A stretch of DNA of 23,900 nucleotides from positions 1 through 23,900 of IMG/VR virus record IMGVR_UViG_2778261223_000025; one strand, written 5' to 3'. Below are positions 11,604 through 19,403 of this stretch, in pieces. Origin of the DNA: a virus (lineage: Duplodnaviria; Heunggongvirae; Uroviricota; Caudoviricetes). How positions within the stretch are numbered: position 1 is the first letter of the stretch; the number at the start of each line of letters is the position of its first letter. The notes below the pieces were generated by a model, which was not told the origin of the DNA, searched no databases, and saw only the letters and a program-made list of their open reading frames with translations. A program made the translations under genes and the position numbers.

Positions 11604-12451
11604 TGGCTGATTCGAATCTCAATGTGCCGGTAATCATTCAGGCTACACGGCTCGACACATCAGTCCTTCCACGCAATATCTTCTCGCAGTCGTATCTGCT
11701 TTACGTTATCGCACAGGGTACTGATGTTGGTAACGTGGCGAACAAAGCCAACGAGGCCGGACAGGGTGCTTATGACGCACAAGTCAGGAACGATGAGCAG
11801 GATGTGATTCTCGCTGACCATGAGCAGCGAATTTCTGCTGCGGAAGCAACGCTTGTTAATCATGAGGAGCGAATCAGCCAGGCAGAATCAACTCTTCAGG
11901 AACATGAAACGCGAATCGCTCAGAATGAAAGCGATATTGCGTCGCTTGATACCAGAGTTCAGTCGCTGGAGTCGCAGGTTTCAGACCATGAATCGCGCAT
12001 CGATTCTCTGGAGTATGCCACTACTCGCAAAAAGTCAGAGGTTGTTTACTCTGGCGTATCTGTAACCATTCCGACAGCGCCGACCAACCTTGTTAGCCTG
12101 CTGAAAACGCTCACGCCGTCATCAGGCTCGTTGGCACCATTCTTCGACACCGTTAACAACAAGATGATTGTGTTCAACGAGAACAAAACCTTGTTCTTCA
12201 AGCTGTCGATCGTCGGGACGTGGCCCAGCGGAACAGCCAACAGGTCAATGCAGCTAACCTTTTCCGGCTCTGTTCCTGACACACTGGTAAGCAGTCGCAA
12301 CTCGGCTACAACAACCGATAACATCCTGTTAGCTACGTTCTTCAGCGTGGATAAAGACGGCTTTCTTGCCACAAATGGCAGCACGTTAACCATCCAGTCA
12401 AATGGTGCGGCGTTTACTGCCACAACTATCAAAATCATTGCGGAGCAGTGA
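11603..12451 (+). CDS. 26: Tail needle protein, gp26-type, with C-terminal knob extension
   Basis: N-terminus ([25 protein letters not shown]...) matches P22 gp26; central heptad-like repeats (DHEQRIS, NHEERIS, EHETRIA, DHESRID); 282 aa versus 233 in P22, with an added beta-rich C-terminus. Confidence 0.85.
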   Translation: MADSNLNVPVIIQATRLDTSVLPRNIFSQSYLLYVIAQGTDVGNVANKANEAGQGAYDAQVRNDEQDVILADHEQRISAAEATLVNHEERISQAESTLQEHETRIAQNESDIASLDTRVQSLESQVSDHESRIDSLEYATTRKKSEVVYSGVSVTIPTAPTNLVSLLKTLTPSSGSLAPFFDTVNNKMIVFNENKTLFFKLSIVGTWPSGTANRSMQLTFSGSVPDTLVSSRNSATTTDNILLATFFSVDKDGFLATNGSTLTIQSNGAAFTATTIKIIAEQ

Positions 12452-12918
12452 TGGAAATAAAGCTCATCGATAATCCGGTGAAGCTTGCAGAATTCCTCAA
12501 CAACCCGGCAAACACGGGAAATATCGTAGATAGTGGAGATAAATACTACATCAAGCCTGATGCGGTATACCTCGGCATCTACGAAGGATTAGTGCTGGCT
12601 GGCGTTCATGAAGTGCGTAACTTCTGGCATAGCGTTGTTGAATGCCATGCGGTGTACGACCCCGGATTCCGTGGTGAATATGCACTGCAAGGGCATCGAT
12701 TATTCTGCAAGTGGCTTCTCGAAAACTCACCATTCCTTAACAGCATTACCATGGTTCCTGACACCACGAAATACGGACGGGCAATTATCCGTTTGCTTGG
12801 CGCTACCCGTGTTGGTCACCTTGATGATGCGTACATGAGTAACGGAAAACCGGTTGGAATCACCCTCTATCAATTACCTCGTTCAAAATATGAGGAGCTA
12901 TTAAATGTTAGTACTTAG
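12451..12918 (+). CDS. 14: gp14-type head/ejection-associated protein
   Basis: Assigned by synteny and size (about 155 aa); ATG at 12451 has GGAG 5 nt upstream and overlaps the gp26 stop; the track's 12448 start is a GTG. Confidence 0.65.
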   Translation: MEIKLIDNPVKLAEFLNNPANTGNIVDSGDKYYIKPDAVYLGIYEGLVLAGVHEVRNFWHSVVECHAVYDPGFRGEYALQGHRLFCKWLLENSPFLNSITMVPDTTKYGRAIIRLLGATRVGHLDDAYMSNGKPVGITLYQLPRSKYEELLNVST

Positions 12919-13585
12919 CGAAAGCTTCAAGAATAAATTGCTTCCCATGAATGGGTATATGAAAGGCGGCAGCGACTCCGGATCTAAAGCCCAGGCACGC
13001 GCAACTGAAAAGGGCATCGAACTGCAGCGTGAAATGTGGCAAACGAACATGCAGAACCTTGCACCGTTCACGCCACTCGCTAAGCAGTACGTATCACAGT
13101 TGCAGAATCTTTCCTCTCTTCAGGGGCAAGGTCAGGCGCTTAACCAGTATTACAACTCTCAGCAGTATAAAGACCTTGCAGGGCAGGCACGCTATCAGAG
13201 TCTGGCAGCAGCAGAGGCAACGGGTGGATTAGGCTCTACAGCAACAGGAAACCAGTTAGCAGCAATCGCACCTACACTCGGTCAAAACTGGCTGTCAGGT
13301 CAGATGAACAACTACAACAATCTGGCAAACATTGGCCTTGGTGCTCTTACAGGTCAGGCAAACGCTGGGCAGAACTACGCTAACAACGTCAGCCAATTGT
13401 ATCAACAGCAGGCGGCAGCATCTGCGGCGAATGCTAACCGACCATCAGGACTGCAATCAGCCTTGGGAGGTGCCATGAGCGGTGCGGCATCAGGGGCGAT
13501 GATTGGCTCTGTGGTGCCAGGAATAGGTACAGCTGTTGGCGCTATTGGTGGCGGTATTATCGGTGGTCTTGGATCATTGTTTTAA
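12905..13585 (+). CDS. 7: Ejection (internal virion) protein, gp7-type
   Basis: 226 aa (P22 gp7 about 229); strong gaggag Shine-Dalgarno-like motif; Q/N-rich body and C-terminal glycine-zipper hydrophobic segment. Confidence 0.68.
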   Translation: MLVLSESFKNKLLPMNGYMKGGSDSGSKAQARATEKGIELQREMWQTNMQNLAPFTPLAKQYVSQLQNLSSLQGQGQALNQYYNSQQYKDLAGQARYQSLAAAEATGGLGSTATGNQLAAIAPTLGQNWLSGQMNNYNNLANIGLGALTGQANAGQNYANNVSQLYQQQAAASAANANRPSGLQSALGGAMSGAASGAMIGSVVPGIGTAVGAIGGGIIGGLGSLF

Positions 13586-13594
13586 GGTGGGAAT

Positions 13595-14866
13595 ATGGCT
13601 AGTTGGCAACAAGGAATCAACTCAGGCGGCTTTCTTGCTGGTATCGGTGGGCAAAACTCAAATGCGCCAAAGGCAAGTGATGTAAGTGAGGCGTTGGCCT
13701 ATATTCGCCAGAACAACGAAATGGAGCGCTCAGGTCGCAATAACATCGGCCTTCAGGCGTTGCAGGGGCCTGGTAGTGTCGCTCAAACATATCAAGCCGC
13801 AAAGCAACAGGAAGCGGGTGCTGCATTCCAAAAAGAATATGCGGCAGCCATCCAGTCAGGTGATCGGCAGCAGGTGCGAGATCTGATGACCAAATATCCT
13901 GGTCAATTAGAGAAGATTCAGTCTGGTATGAAGTGGGCAGACGAAGACCAGCGCAATTCTATCGGCACCTTAGCGGCTGGCGCACGCCTTGCGTCATCGT
14001 CTCCAGAAGCAATGCAATCATGGCTGCAAAACAACGCCAAGGAACTGGCGCGCGTCGGTGTTGACCCTAACAGCGTTGCTCAGATGTATCAGCAAAACCC
14101 TTCAGGATTTGGTGAGTTTGTTGATCACCTTGGAATGGCTGCTCTTGGTCCGATTGATTACTTCAATGTTCAGGACAAGATGGTTGGTCGCCAGCAGGAT
14201 CAACAAAGAATTAACGAAACAATCCGTAATAATGACATGACAAATGCCAGAGGGTGGGCAAGCAACAATATTGCGCAACAAAATGTCAATCTTCGTCGGA
14301 TGGAATTAGAGGACAAGAAATACGACAGACTCATCGCAAATGAAACTAATGCCTTAAAACTTGCTGAATTGCAGGACAAGAGATTGCAGAATCAGCAAGC
14401 TATGGAGCAGGCAAAGCGAGATAAGGCCGATGCGTACAACTCTGGAATGGATAATCTCTCCAGAACGATAGAGACGGCTACAAAAGTTCTTAATAGCCCA
14501 GGATTCACGGGATATTTCGGAACAAACCTAAACCCACTATCGAGTAGATTCATTCCAGGAACAGAGGCTGCTGATACAGAAACTCTGGTTGACACACTGA
14601 AATCTCAGGGATTCTTATCTGGCATTCAGCAGATGAAAGGGATGGGGGCTTTAAGTAATGCCGAGGGGCAAAAGGTAATGGATGCTATTGGTAGTTTGTC
14701 CCCAAATCAGTCTGAAAAATCAGCCAGAGCAGCTATCAAAACAATCATAAAAACCACTGAGATGGCTCAGAAACGTATGCAACAGAAATACGGGAAGGAC
14801 ATACAACCGTCTCAACAGCAGCTTTCTGATGATGACCTGATTAATAAATATCTCGGAGGGCAGTAA
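13595..14866 (+). CDS. 20: Ejection protein, gp20-type
   Basis: 423 aa at the position of P22 gene 20; aaggtggg Shine-Dalgarno-like motif; diverged from P22 (size differs). Confidence 0.65.
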   Translation: MASWQQGINSGGFLAGIGGQNSNAPKASDVSEALAYIRQNNEMERSGRNNIGLQALQGPGSVAQTYQAAKQQEAGAAFQKEYAAAIQSGDRQQVRDLMTKYPGQLEKIQSGMKWADEDQRNSIGTLAAGARLASSSPEAMQSWLQNNAKELARVGVDPNSVAQMYQQNPSGFGEFVDHLGMAALGPIDYFNVQDKMVGRQQDQQRINETIRNNDMTNARGWASNNIAQQNVNLRRMELEDKKYDRLIANETNALKLAELQDKRLQNQQAMEQAKRDKADAYNSGMDNLSRTIETATKVLNSPGFTGYFGTNLNPLSSRFIPGTEAADTETLVDTLKSQGFLSGIQQMKGMGALSNAEGQKVMDAIGSLSPNQSEKSARAAIKTIIKTTEMAQKRMQQKYGKDIQPSQQQLSDDDLINKYLGGQ

Positions 14867-16980
14867 TGACCTATAGTCGCGAACAGTTGATGACGGCGTT
14901 AAGGAATGCTGATGCTGCCGGCGATACTGAGGGAGCACGTCGCATTGCTCAGATGCTGTCTTCTGGTGATCAATCCACTCAAAACCAATCGCAGCCAGAA
15001 GAACAATCTCTGGTAGGAAAAGCCACTGACTGGCTCACTGGTGGTCAAAGCGCAGGGCAAATTGCAGAACAGGCTGGCCGTGGTCTGGTAAACATACCAT
15101 TTGACGTATTGCAGGGTGGCGCAAGTCTGATTAATGCAATCAGCCAGGGGCTTGGTGGCCCCAAGGTTTTGGATGATGTCTATCGTCCAGTCGATCGACC
15201 GACAGACTCTTACGCACAAGCCGGTGAAACAATTGGTGGGTATCTCCTGCCAATTGGCACAGCGGCAAAAGCTGCTGGAGCGCCAGCAAAGCTCGCAGGA
15301 GACATCGGTTCCGCAGGAAACATGATTGCCGGTTCTCTTGCTGATGCTGCAAATCAGGAGGGTGATTTTGCACAAAATGCTGCCATTAACGGTGGTATCA
15401 ATATTGGTGCTCAAGGCGTTCTTTCAGGTGTCGGGCGCGTTATTGCGCCAAGGGTTTCACAGGCTCTTGGTGGTGCAGCACTGAATTCTGCTAATGATGT
15501 TTCCAGGATGGCAAAGTCAGGTGCTGGGCGTCAGTCAATTGCCAGTCAGGCCGCTAATGTGTCCGAAGATGTAGCAAAAGCGGCTGAGTCTGCTGGAATT
15601 GATATAAACGCATTAACACCAGGAATGCGATCTGGAAGTCGTGGAATTGCACAAGCCGAAGGCGCATTGGCATCAACACCAGGGATTGTTCAGGATGCCC
15701 ATCAGGCAGCATTTAACGAAATATCATCAAAGTTAAGTCGAAACCTTGATGAATTTGGGGCCGCATCTGGAACGGCATCAGAAAAAAGTGCGGCTATAAA
15801 ACAAAGGATTCTTCAAAATCTTGATCAGATGAAGGATGCTGAGCGCGCGGCATGGGATGACGTGCGGTCAACAATGCCAAATCAAAAAGCAAGAATGCTA
15901 AATGGTAATGCCGTTATTCAGGCAGAGCGATCTGCTGGCATACCGCTTACTCCTGAAATGAAACAGTTTGTTCAGGCAAACAATCAAGGTGGAGTAACAT
16001 TTGATGGCATGAAAGCATGGAGAGCGAAATTTGCTGATGCGGAGCAAAAATATAAGCGTAGCGGAGAGGCAAATGCGGCAAGGAGAGCAGGGGAAATACG
16101 TCGGGCAATTACTGATGATATGCGCACAATGGCGGAAAACGGCGGATTTTTTGATGACTGGCAAAAAGCTAATGATCTGTCTAAAGCGAGGCTATCCGCA
16201 CAAGAGAGTGCAGAGTCTGTTTTTGGGCGTGATTTGGCAACAGATGCACTGATTACGAATGGAGTAAAATCTCTTCAATCATCGTCAGCTAAAGGTCTTA
16301 ATGGTCCTGCTGGATTCCATTCTATGATCCGCGCGCTGCCAGAATCAGAGCGTGTTCCTGCTATATCATCAATGTTGCAGGATGCTATCTCGCATGGTGT
16401 ACGTGGTGGCAAATCTGATGCAGCAGGAATTAACCATATCGCAGAGATACTCACTCCACAAAATGTAAAAGCCATTAGCATATATTCCTCAGAACTCGGA
16501 AGAATTGCTGATGCATATGGCACTCTTGCAAGAGCAGCAGTGAAACCTCAGCAGTATATTGAAAGAACAGGGAGAACTGCCAATGTACTACGCGATCTGG
16601 ATGCCGGTTTATCCAACGTCACATCAACAGTGTTAAATGCAATTGCCAACTCAACATCAGGTGCCATTGTTGGTGGAGCAGGAGGGGGCATTGCAGGCGC
16701 TGCCGCAGGTGCTTTAGTTGGCGCCGGGTTAAAAGGTGCTGTATCTAAAATTGCCACCACGCGTAGCGGTCGATATGCGATAGAGAAAGCAGTTCAGGAA
16801 GCCACGAAAGCAGTAAGAGCTGGCGGAAGTAAAGAAGCATTAGCGGCGGCTGAACGCAGATTTATGGCAAATAAAGCCGCCGTAAAAGCAATACGCGATG
16901 CTATTGGTAGCGATGAATTCAATCGCTTGTCGAGAGCTGGTATTGTCGCCTCGTTAAGCGGTATGAATGAATATGAATAG
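14866..16980 (+). CDS. 16: Ejection protein, gp16-type (extended, 704 aa)
   Basis: Last gene of the morphogenetic block by synteny; start overlaps the gp20 stop (TAATG); Gly/Ala-rich hydrophobic segment near the C-terminus. Confidence 0.7.
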   Translation: MTYSREQLMTALRNADAAGDTEGARRIAQMLSSGDQSTQNQSQPEEQSLVGKATDWLTGGQSAGQIAEQAGRGLVNIPFDVLQGGASLINAISQGLGGPKVLDDVYRPVDRPTDSYAQAGETIGGYLLPIGTAAKAAGAPAKLAGDIGSAGNMIAGSLADAANQEGDFAQNAAINGGINIGAQGVLSGVGRVIAPRVSQALGGAALNSANDVSRMAKSGAGRQSIASQAANVSEDVAKAAESAGIDINALTPGMRSGSRGIAQAEGALASTPGIVQDAHQAAFNEISSKLSRNLDEFGAASGTASEKSAAIKQRILQNLDQMKDAERAAWDDVRSTMPNQKARMLNGNAVIQAERSAGIPLTPEMKQFVQANNQGGVTFDGMKAWRAKFADAEQKYKRSGEANAARRAGEIRRAITDDMRTMAENGGFFDDWQKANDLSKARLSAQESAESVFGRDLATDALITNGVKSLQSSSAKGLNGPAGFHSMIRALPESERVPAISSMLQDAISHGVRGGKSDAAGINHIAEILTPQNVKAISIYSSELGRIADAYGTLARAAVKPQQYIERTGRTANVLRDLDAGLSNVTSTVLNAIANSTSGAIVGGAGGGIAGAAAGALVGAGLKGAVSKIATTRSGRYAIEKAVQEATKAVRAGGSKEALAAAERRFMANKAAVKAIRDAIGSDEFNRLSRAGIVASLSGMNEYE

Positions 16981-16982
16981 CT

Positions 16983-17366
16983 TTATCTAATGTTGCTGCT
17001 ACTGTTGCATGTGACGGTATTCCCAAATCCTGAATTGCAGTTTGTATATGTGTCAACGCGTGTTGGGTAAGGTTGAGTTATAACAGGCTGGCGCGCTTTT
17101 TGCTCGATCGCTTGCATTGTGTTTACAGCCTGATAATTCAATAAAGCCTGCTGGAATGCTTGGCTTTGTGCTATTTGTTGGGCTTGTTCTTGGCTTTGTA
17201 ATTGAACATAAAGATTCTGAAGCTCAAGTCTTGCCTGTGCGTCACTTATCTTGCCTTGATCGACACCTTGCCCGAGCATCTTCGCAGCAAGGACATACAG
17301 CTTAGGTGTTGGTGCTGATGCCATGCGTGAGTCGTTCTTCACGCTGGCATCAAGGCAATTAGCCAT
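16983..17366 (-). CDS. Hypothetical Q-rich coiled-coil protein, probably a lipoprotein whose signal peptide is encoded upstream of the first ATG
   Basis: 127-aa ORF from the first ATG; the same frame is open upstream to 17507 and encodes (I)KKSLLIIPLLLAG-C, a lipoprotein-type signal peptide, with no in-frame ATG/GTG/TTG; ATA codons at 17478-17480 and 17466-17468. AT-rich. Confidence 0.55.
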   Translation of the reverse strand: MANCLDASVKNDSRMASAPTPKLYVLAAKMLGQGVDQGKISDAQARLELQNLYVQLQSQEQAQQIAQSQAFQQALLNYQAVNTMQAIEQKARQPVITQPYPTRVDTYTNCNSGFGNTVTCNSSSNIR

Positions 17367-17493
17367 ATCACTAAGCTTTGGATAGCGTTGCTCGCAACTT
17401 GCTTGGTAGTCACTTACTTTTGCGCATCCAGCCAGCAGAAGCGGGATAATTAATAGTGATTTTTTTATAAAGTTATTTATAAAATCCTTTCTA

Positions 17494-17808
17494 TTATTTA
17501 TCAGAAGTTAGATTGTAATAATTGGTATAAGCTGAAATTGACTTCTGGCATGCTTCAAGAAATTCCTGTGGATTCATTCCTAGTCTTGCTTGCTCTGTGG
17601 TCAGAAAACGCTGTAAGAACTCATCTCCGCCAGGCATTTTTGTTGATTCTTGAAATGTTGCCATTTGTTTGATTGTGCCGCACATGCCAGCAAATTTCGA
17701 AGTTATCATGAGTTCTTGCAGGCCTTTAAGATCGCCATTATCTGATTTTGGTTTGGCGAAAACTATTGTAGAGAAGAACAATATTAACAAAATAGCGATA
17801 CGTTTCAT
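17494..17808 (-). CDS. Hypothetical small secreted protein with Sec signal peptide
   Basis: 104 aa; N-terminus MKRIAILLILFFSTIVFA followed by KPK; start ATG overlaps the mnt stop (ATGA), implying translational coupling; AT-rich; no family recognised. Confidence 0.6.
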   Translation of the reverse strand: MKRIAILLILFFSTIVFAKPKSDNGDLKGLQELMITSKFAGMCGTIKQMATFQESTKMPGGDEFLQRFLTTEQARLGMNPQEFLEACQKSISAYTNYYNLTSDK

Positions 17809-18056
17809 TTTTCACTGTTGCCATGCATACATTTTAACTTCTCAACCTCATGCTCAAGCTCTATCAACCGCGATGCTATAGTTGCAAGATCTAGTGCTTG
17901 AATATGTTTATTTTTTTCAGTCCATGCCTCAAGTGCTGCTACCATCTCAGCATTTAATGAACGAGAATTAGCCTCAGCCAGTTCAATAAGACGTTCCTTT
18001 ATCTCTACAGGAAGCCTCAGATTCACTTGAGGGTTTTTGTACTTACGATCAGACAT
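17805..18056 (-). CDS. mnt: Mnt-like ribbon-helix-helix repressor (immI region)
   Basis: 83 aa from the ATG at 18056 (track ORF starts at an upstream GTG); N-terminal RHH-like motif and C-terminal coiled coil; divergent from arc-ant as in P22; same length as P22 Mnt. Confidence 0.72.
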   Translation of the reverse strand: MSDRKYKNPQVNLRLPVEIKERLIELAEANSRSLNAEMVAALEAWTEKNKHIQALDLATIASRLIELEHEVEKLKCMHGNSEK

Positions 18057-18084
18057 CGGCACATCCTGAATAATTTTTTACCAC

Positions 18085-18113
18085 AGGATATGTAGGTATC
18101 TATTGACTATCAA
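18085..18113 (-). promoter_or_regulatory. Candidate Pmnt promoter
   Basis: Minus-strand TTGATA, 17-nt spacer, TATCCT, about 30 nt upstream of the mnt ATG; overlaps the divergent Pant -35. Confidence 0.3.
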
Positions 18114-18131
18114 TGCGTACCTAAATACTAT
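18103..18131 (+). promoter_or_regulatory. Candidate Pant promoter driving arc-ant
   Basis: TTGACT, 17-nt spacer, TACTAT on the plus strand about 30 nt upstream of arc; a 6-bp inverted repeat tgtatg/cataca (18131-18149) and a direct repeat atgcgtacc (18113-18121, 18134-18142) are operator candidates. Confidence 0.4.
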
Positions 18132-18160
18132 GTATGCGTACCACATACAAAGGAGCAAAA

Positions 18161-18307
18161 ATGAAAGTTAAGACATTAAGGATGCCAGAATGGCTGGAAA
18201 AGGCTTTGGAGCAGTCCGCGAAAAAGGATGATCGGTCGTTCAGTAATGAGGTATTGAGGAGACTAAAGGAGTCAGTAGCTAAGGATGGAATTGTTTGTCC
18301 AGAATGA
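18161..18307 (+). CDS. arc: Arc-like ribbon-helix-helix repressor (48 aa; below the ORF track's length cutoff)
   Basis: ATG at 18161 with AGGAG 6 nt upstream; MKVKTLRMPEWLEKALEQSAKKDDRSFSNEVLRRLKESVAKDGIVCPE; size and position match P22 arc, upstream of ant. Confidence 0.68.
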   Translation: MKVKTLRMPEWLEKALEQSAKKDDRSFSNEVLRRLKESVAKDGIVCPE

Positions 18308-18310
18308 GTA

Positions 18311-18341
18311 AAGCCCAAGCTATTGCGAGTAGCTCGGGCTT
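18311..18341. promoter_or_regulatory. Hairpin in the arc-ant intercistronic region (possible sar-like antisense RNA element)
   Basis: 10-bp arms aagcccaagc/gctcgggctt (9 of 10 paired), 11-nt loop, 30 nt upstream of the ant start; no clear U-tract on either strand. Confidence 0.3.
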
Positions 18342-18373
18342 AAATCGCCAGTAAATTTTGAGGAAAAACTGAC

Positions 18374-19303
18374 ATGAAAAGTATAGCAACAGCAGTATCT
18401 ACTATCAACGTGCCATTCCACGGCGCAGAGCTTTATGTCGTCAATCACAACGGTGAGCCGTACACCCCAATGAAACCTATCGTTGAAGGTATGGGTATGG
18501 ATTGGGCTTCACAGTTTACGAAAATAAAGCAACGGTTTAAAACCTCCATTGTGAAAATCACAATGCAGCTTCCTGGTGATGAACAGTGCCGTGAGATTAT
18601 TTGTTTGGCACTTCGCAAACTTGCTGGCTGGCTGCAAACCATCAGTCCAAACAAAGTCCGCCCTGAAATCCGCGACAAGGTAATCCAGTATCAGGAAGAG
18701 TGTGACGATGTGCTCTACGAGTACTGGACTAAAGGCCATGTAGTTAACCCACGCAAAGCTAAAAAGGCGTTGCCGGGTAAAATCACCACTGAACAGCAGG
18801 AAGCCATTAAACAACTCGTCATGAGTCGCGGTCAGTCTCTGCCAAAAGAAAAACAGGCGAAGGCAATGATTACCATGTGGTCGTCGCTGAAATCTCATTT
18901 TGGGTGTTCATACAAAGAAATCAGCGATGAGCAGTTTACCGAAGCTCTGTCACTTGCAGCTCGCGTTCCGCTTGAAGGCGAGTTAATCGGCAAACAAGAG
19001 AAGAAAGCAAACGAGCTTTCTGCAAAAGAAGCAAACAGCCTTGTATGGTTATGGGATTATGCCAACCGCTCACAGGCATTATTCCGCGAACTGTATCCGG
19101 CGCTAAAACAAATTCAATCGAACTATTCAGGCAGATGTCATGACTGTGGTTATGAGTTCTCCCGTATTATCGATATGGCGAGAGACGTTTTAATCAATCA
19201 CTCACGAGATGTTGATATCAATGAGCCAGACGGACCAACGAATCTTTCCGCATGGATGAGACTTAAGAATAAAAAATTACCTCCTTCAGTACATAACTAC
19301 TGA
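18374..19303 (+). CDS. ant: Antirepressor Ant
   Basis: 309 aa (P22 Ant about 300); N-terminus has the typical antirepressor look; follows arc and precedes the tailspike as in P22 immI. Confidence 0.8.
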   Translation: MKSIATAVSTINVPFHGAELYVVNHNGEPYTPMKPIVEGMGMDWASQFTKIKQRFKTSIVKITMQLPGDEQCREIICLALRKLAGWLQTISPNKVRPEIRDKVIQYQEECDDVLYEYWTKGHVVNPRKAKKALPGKITTEQQEAIKQLVMSRGQSLPKEKQAKAMITMWSSLKSHFGCSYKEISDEQFTEALSLAARVPLEGELIGKQEKKANELSAKEANSLVWLWDYANRSQALFRELYPALKQIQSNYSGRCHDCGYEFSRIIDMARDVLINHSRDVDINEPDGPTNLSAWMRLKNKKLPPSVHNY

Positions 19304-19321
19304 CAGATAACCAACGCAACG

Positions 19322-19346
19322 ACCCAGCTTCGGCTGGGTTTTTTTA
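19322..19346 (+). terminator. Rho-independent terminator between ant and the tailspike gene
   Basis: Perfect stem acccagc/gctgggt with a cUUCGg tetraloop, then TTTTTTT. Confidence 0.8.
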
Positions 19347-19403
19347 TACCCAAAATTCACCGTAGCCACGCTGCGGCGATTCCTTGCATCTGGAGCAAAT
19401 TAA

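Noticed and set aside
7279-16760. Shadow ORFs inside the scaffold, coat, tail and ejection genes (for example 8158-8529 minus, 12046-12438 minus, 14899-15414 minus, 16548-16760 minus)
   Set aside because: Same reasoning: embedded in or antisense to syntenic structural genes, with no independent support.
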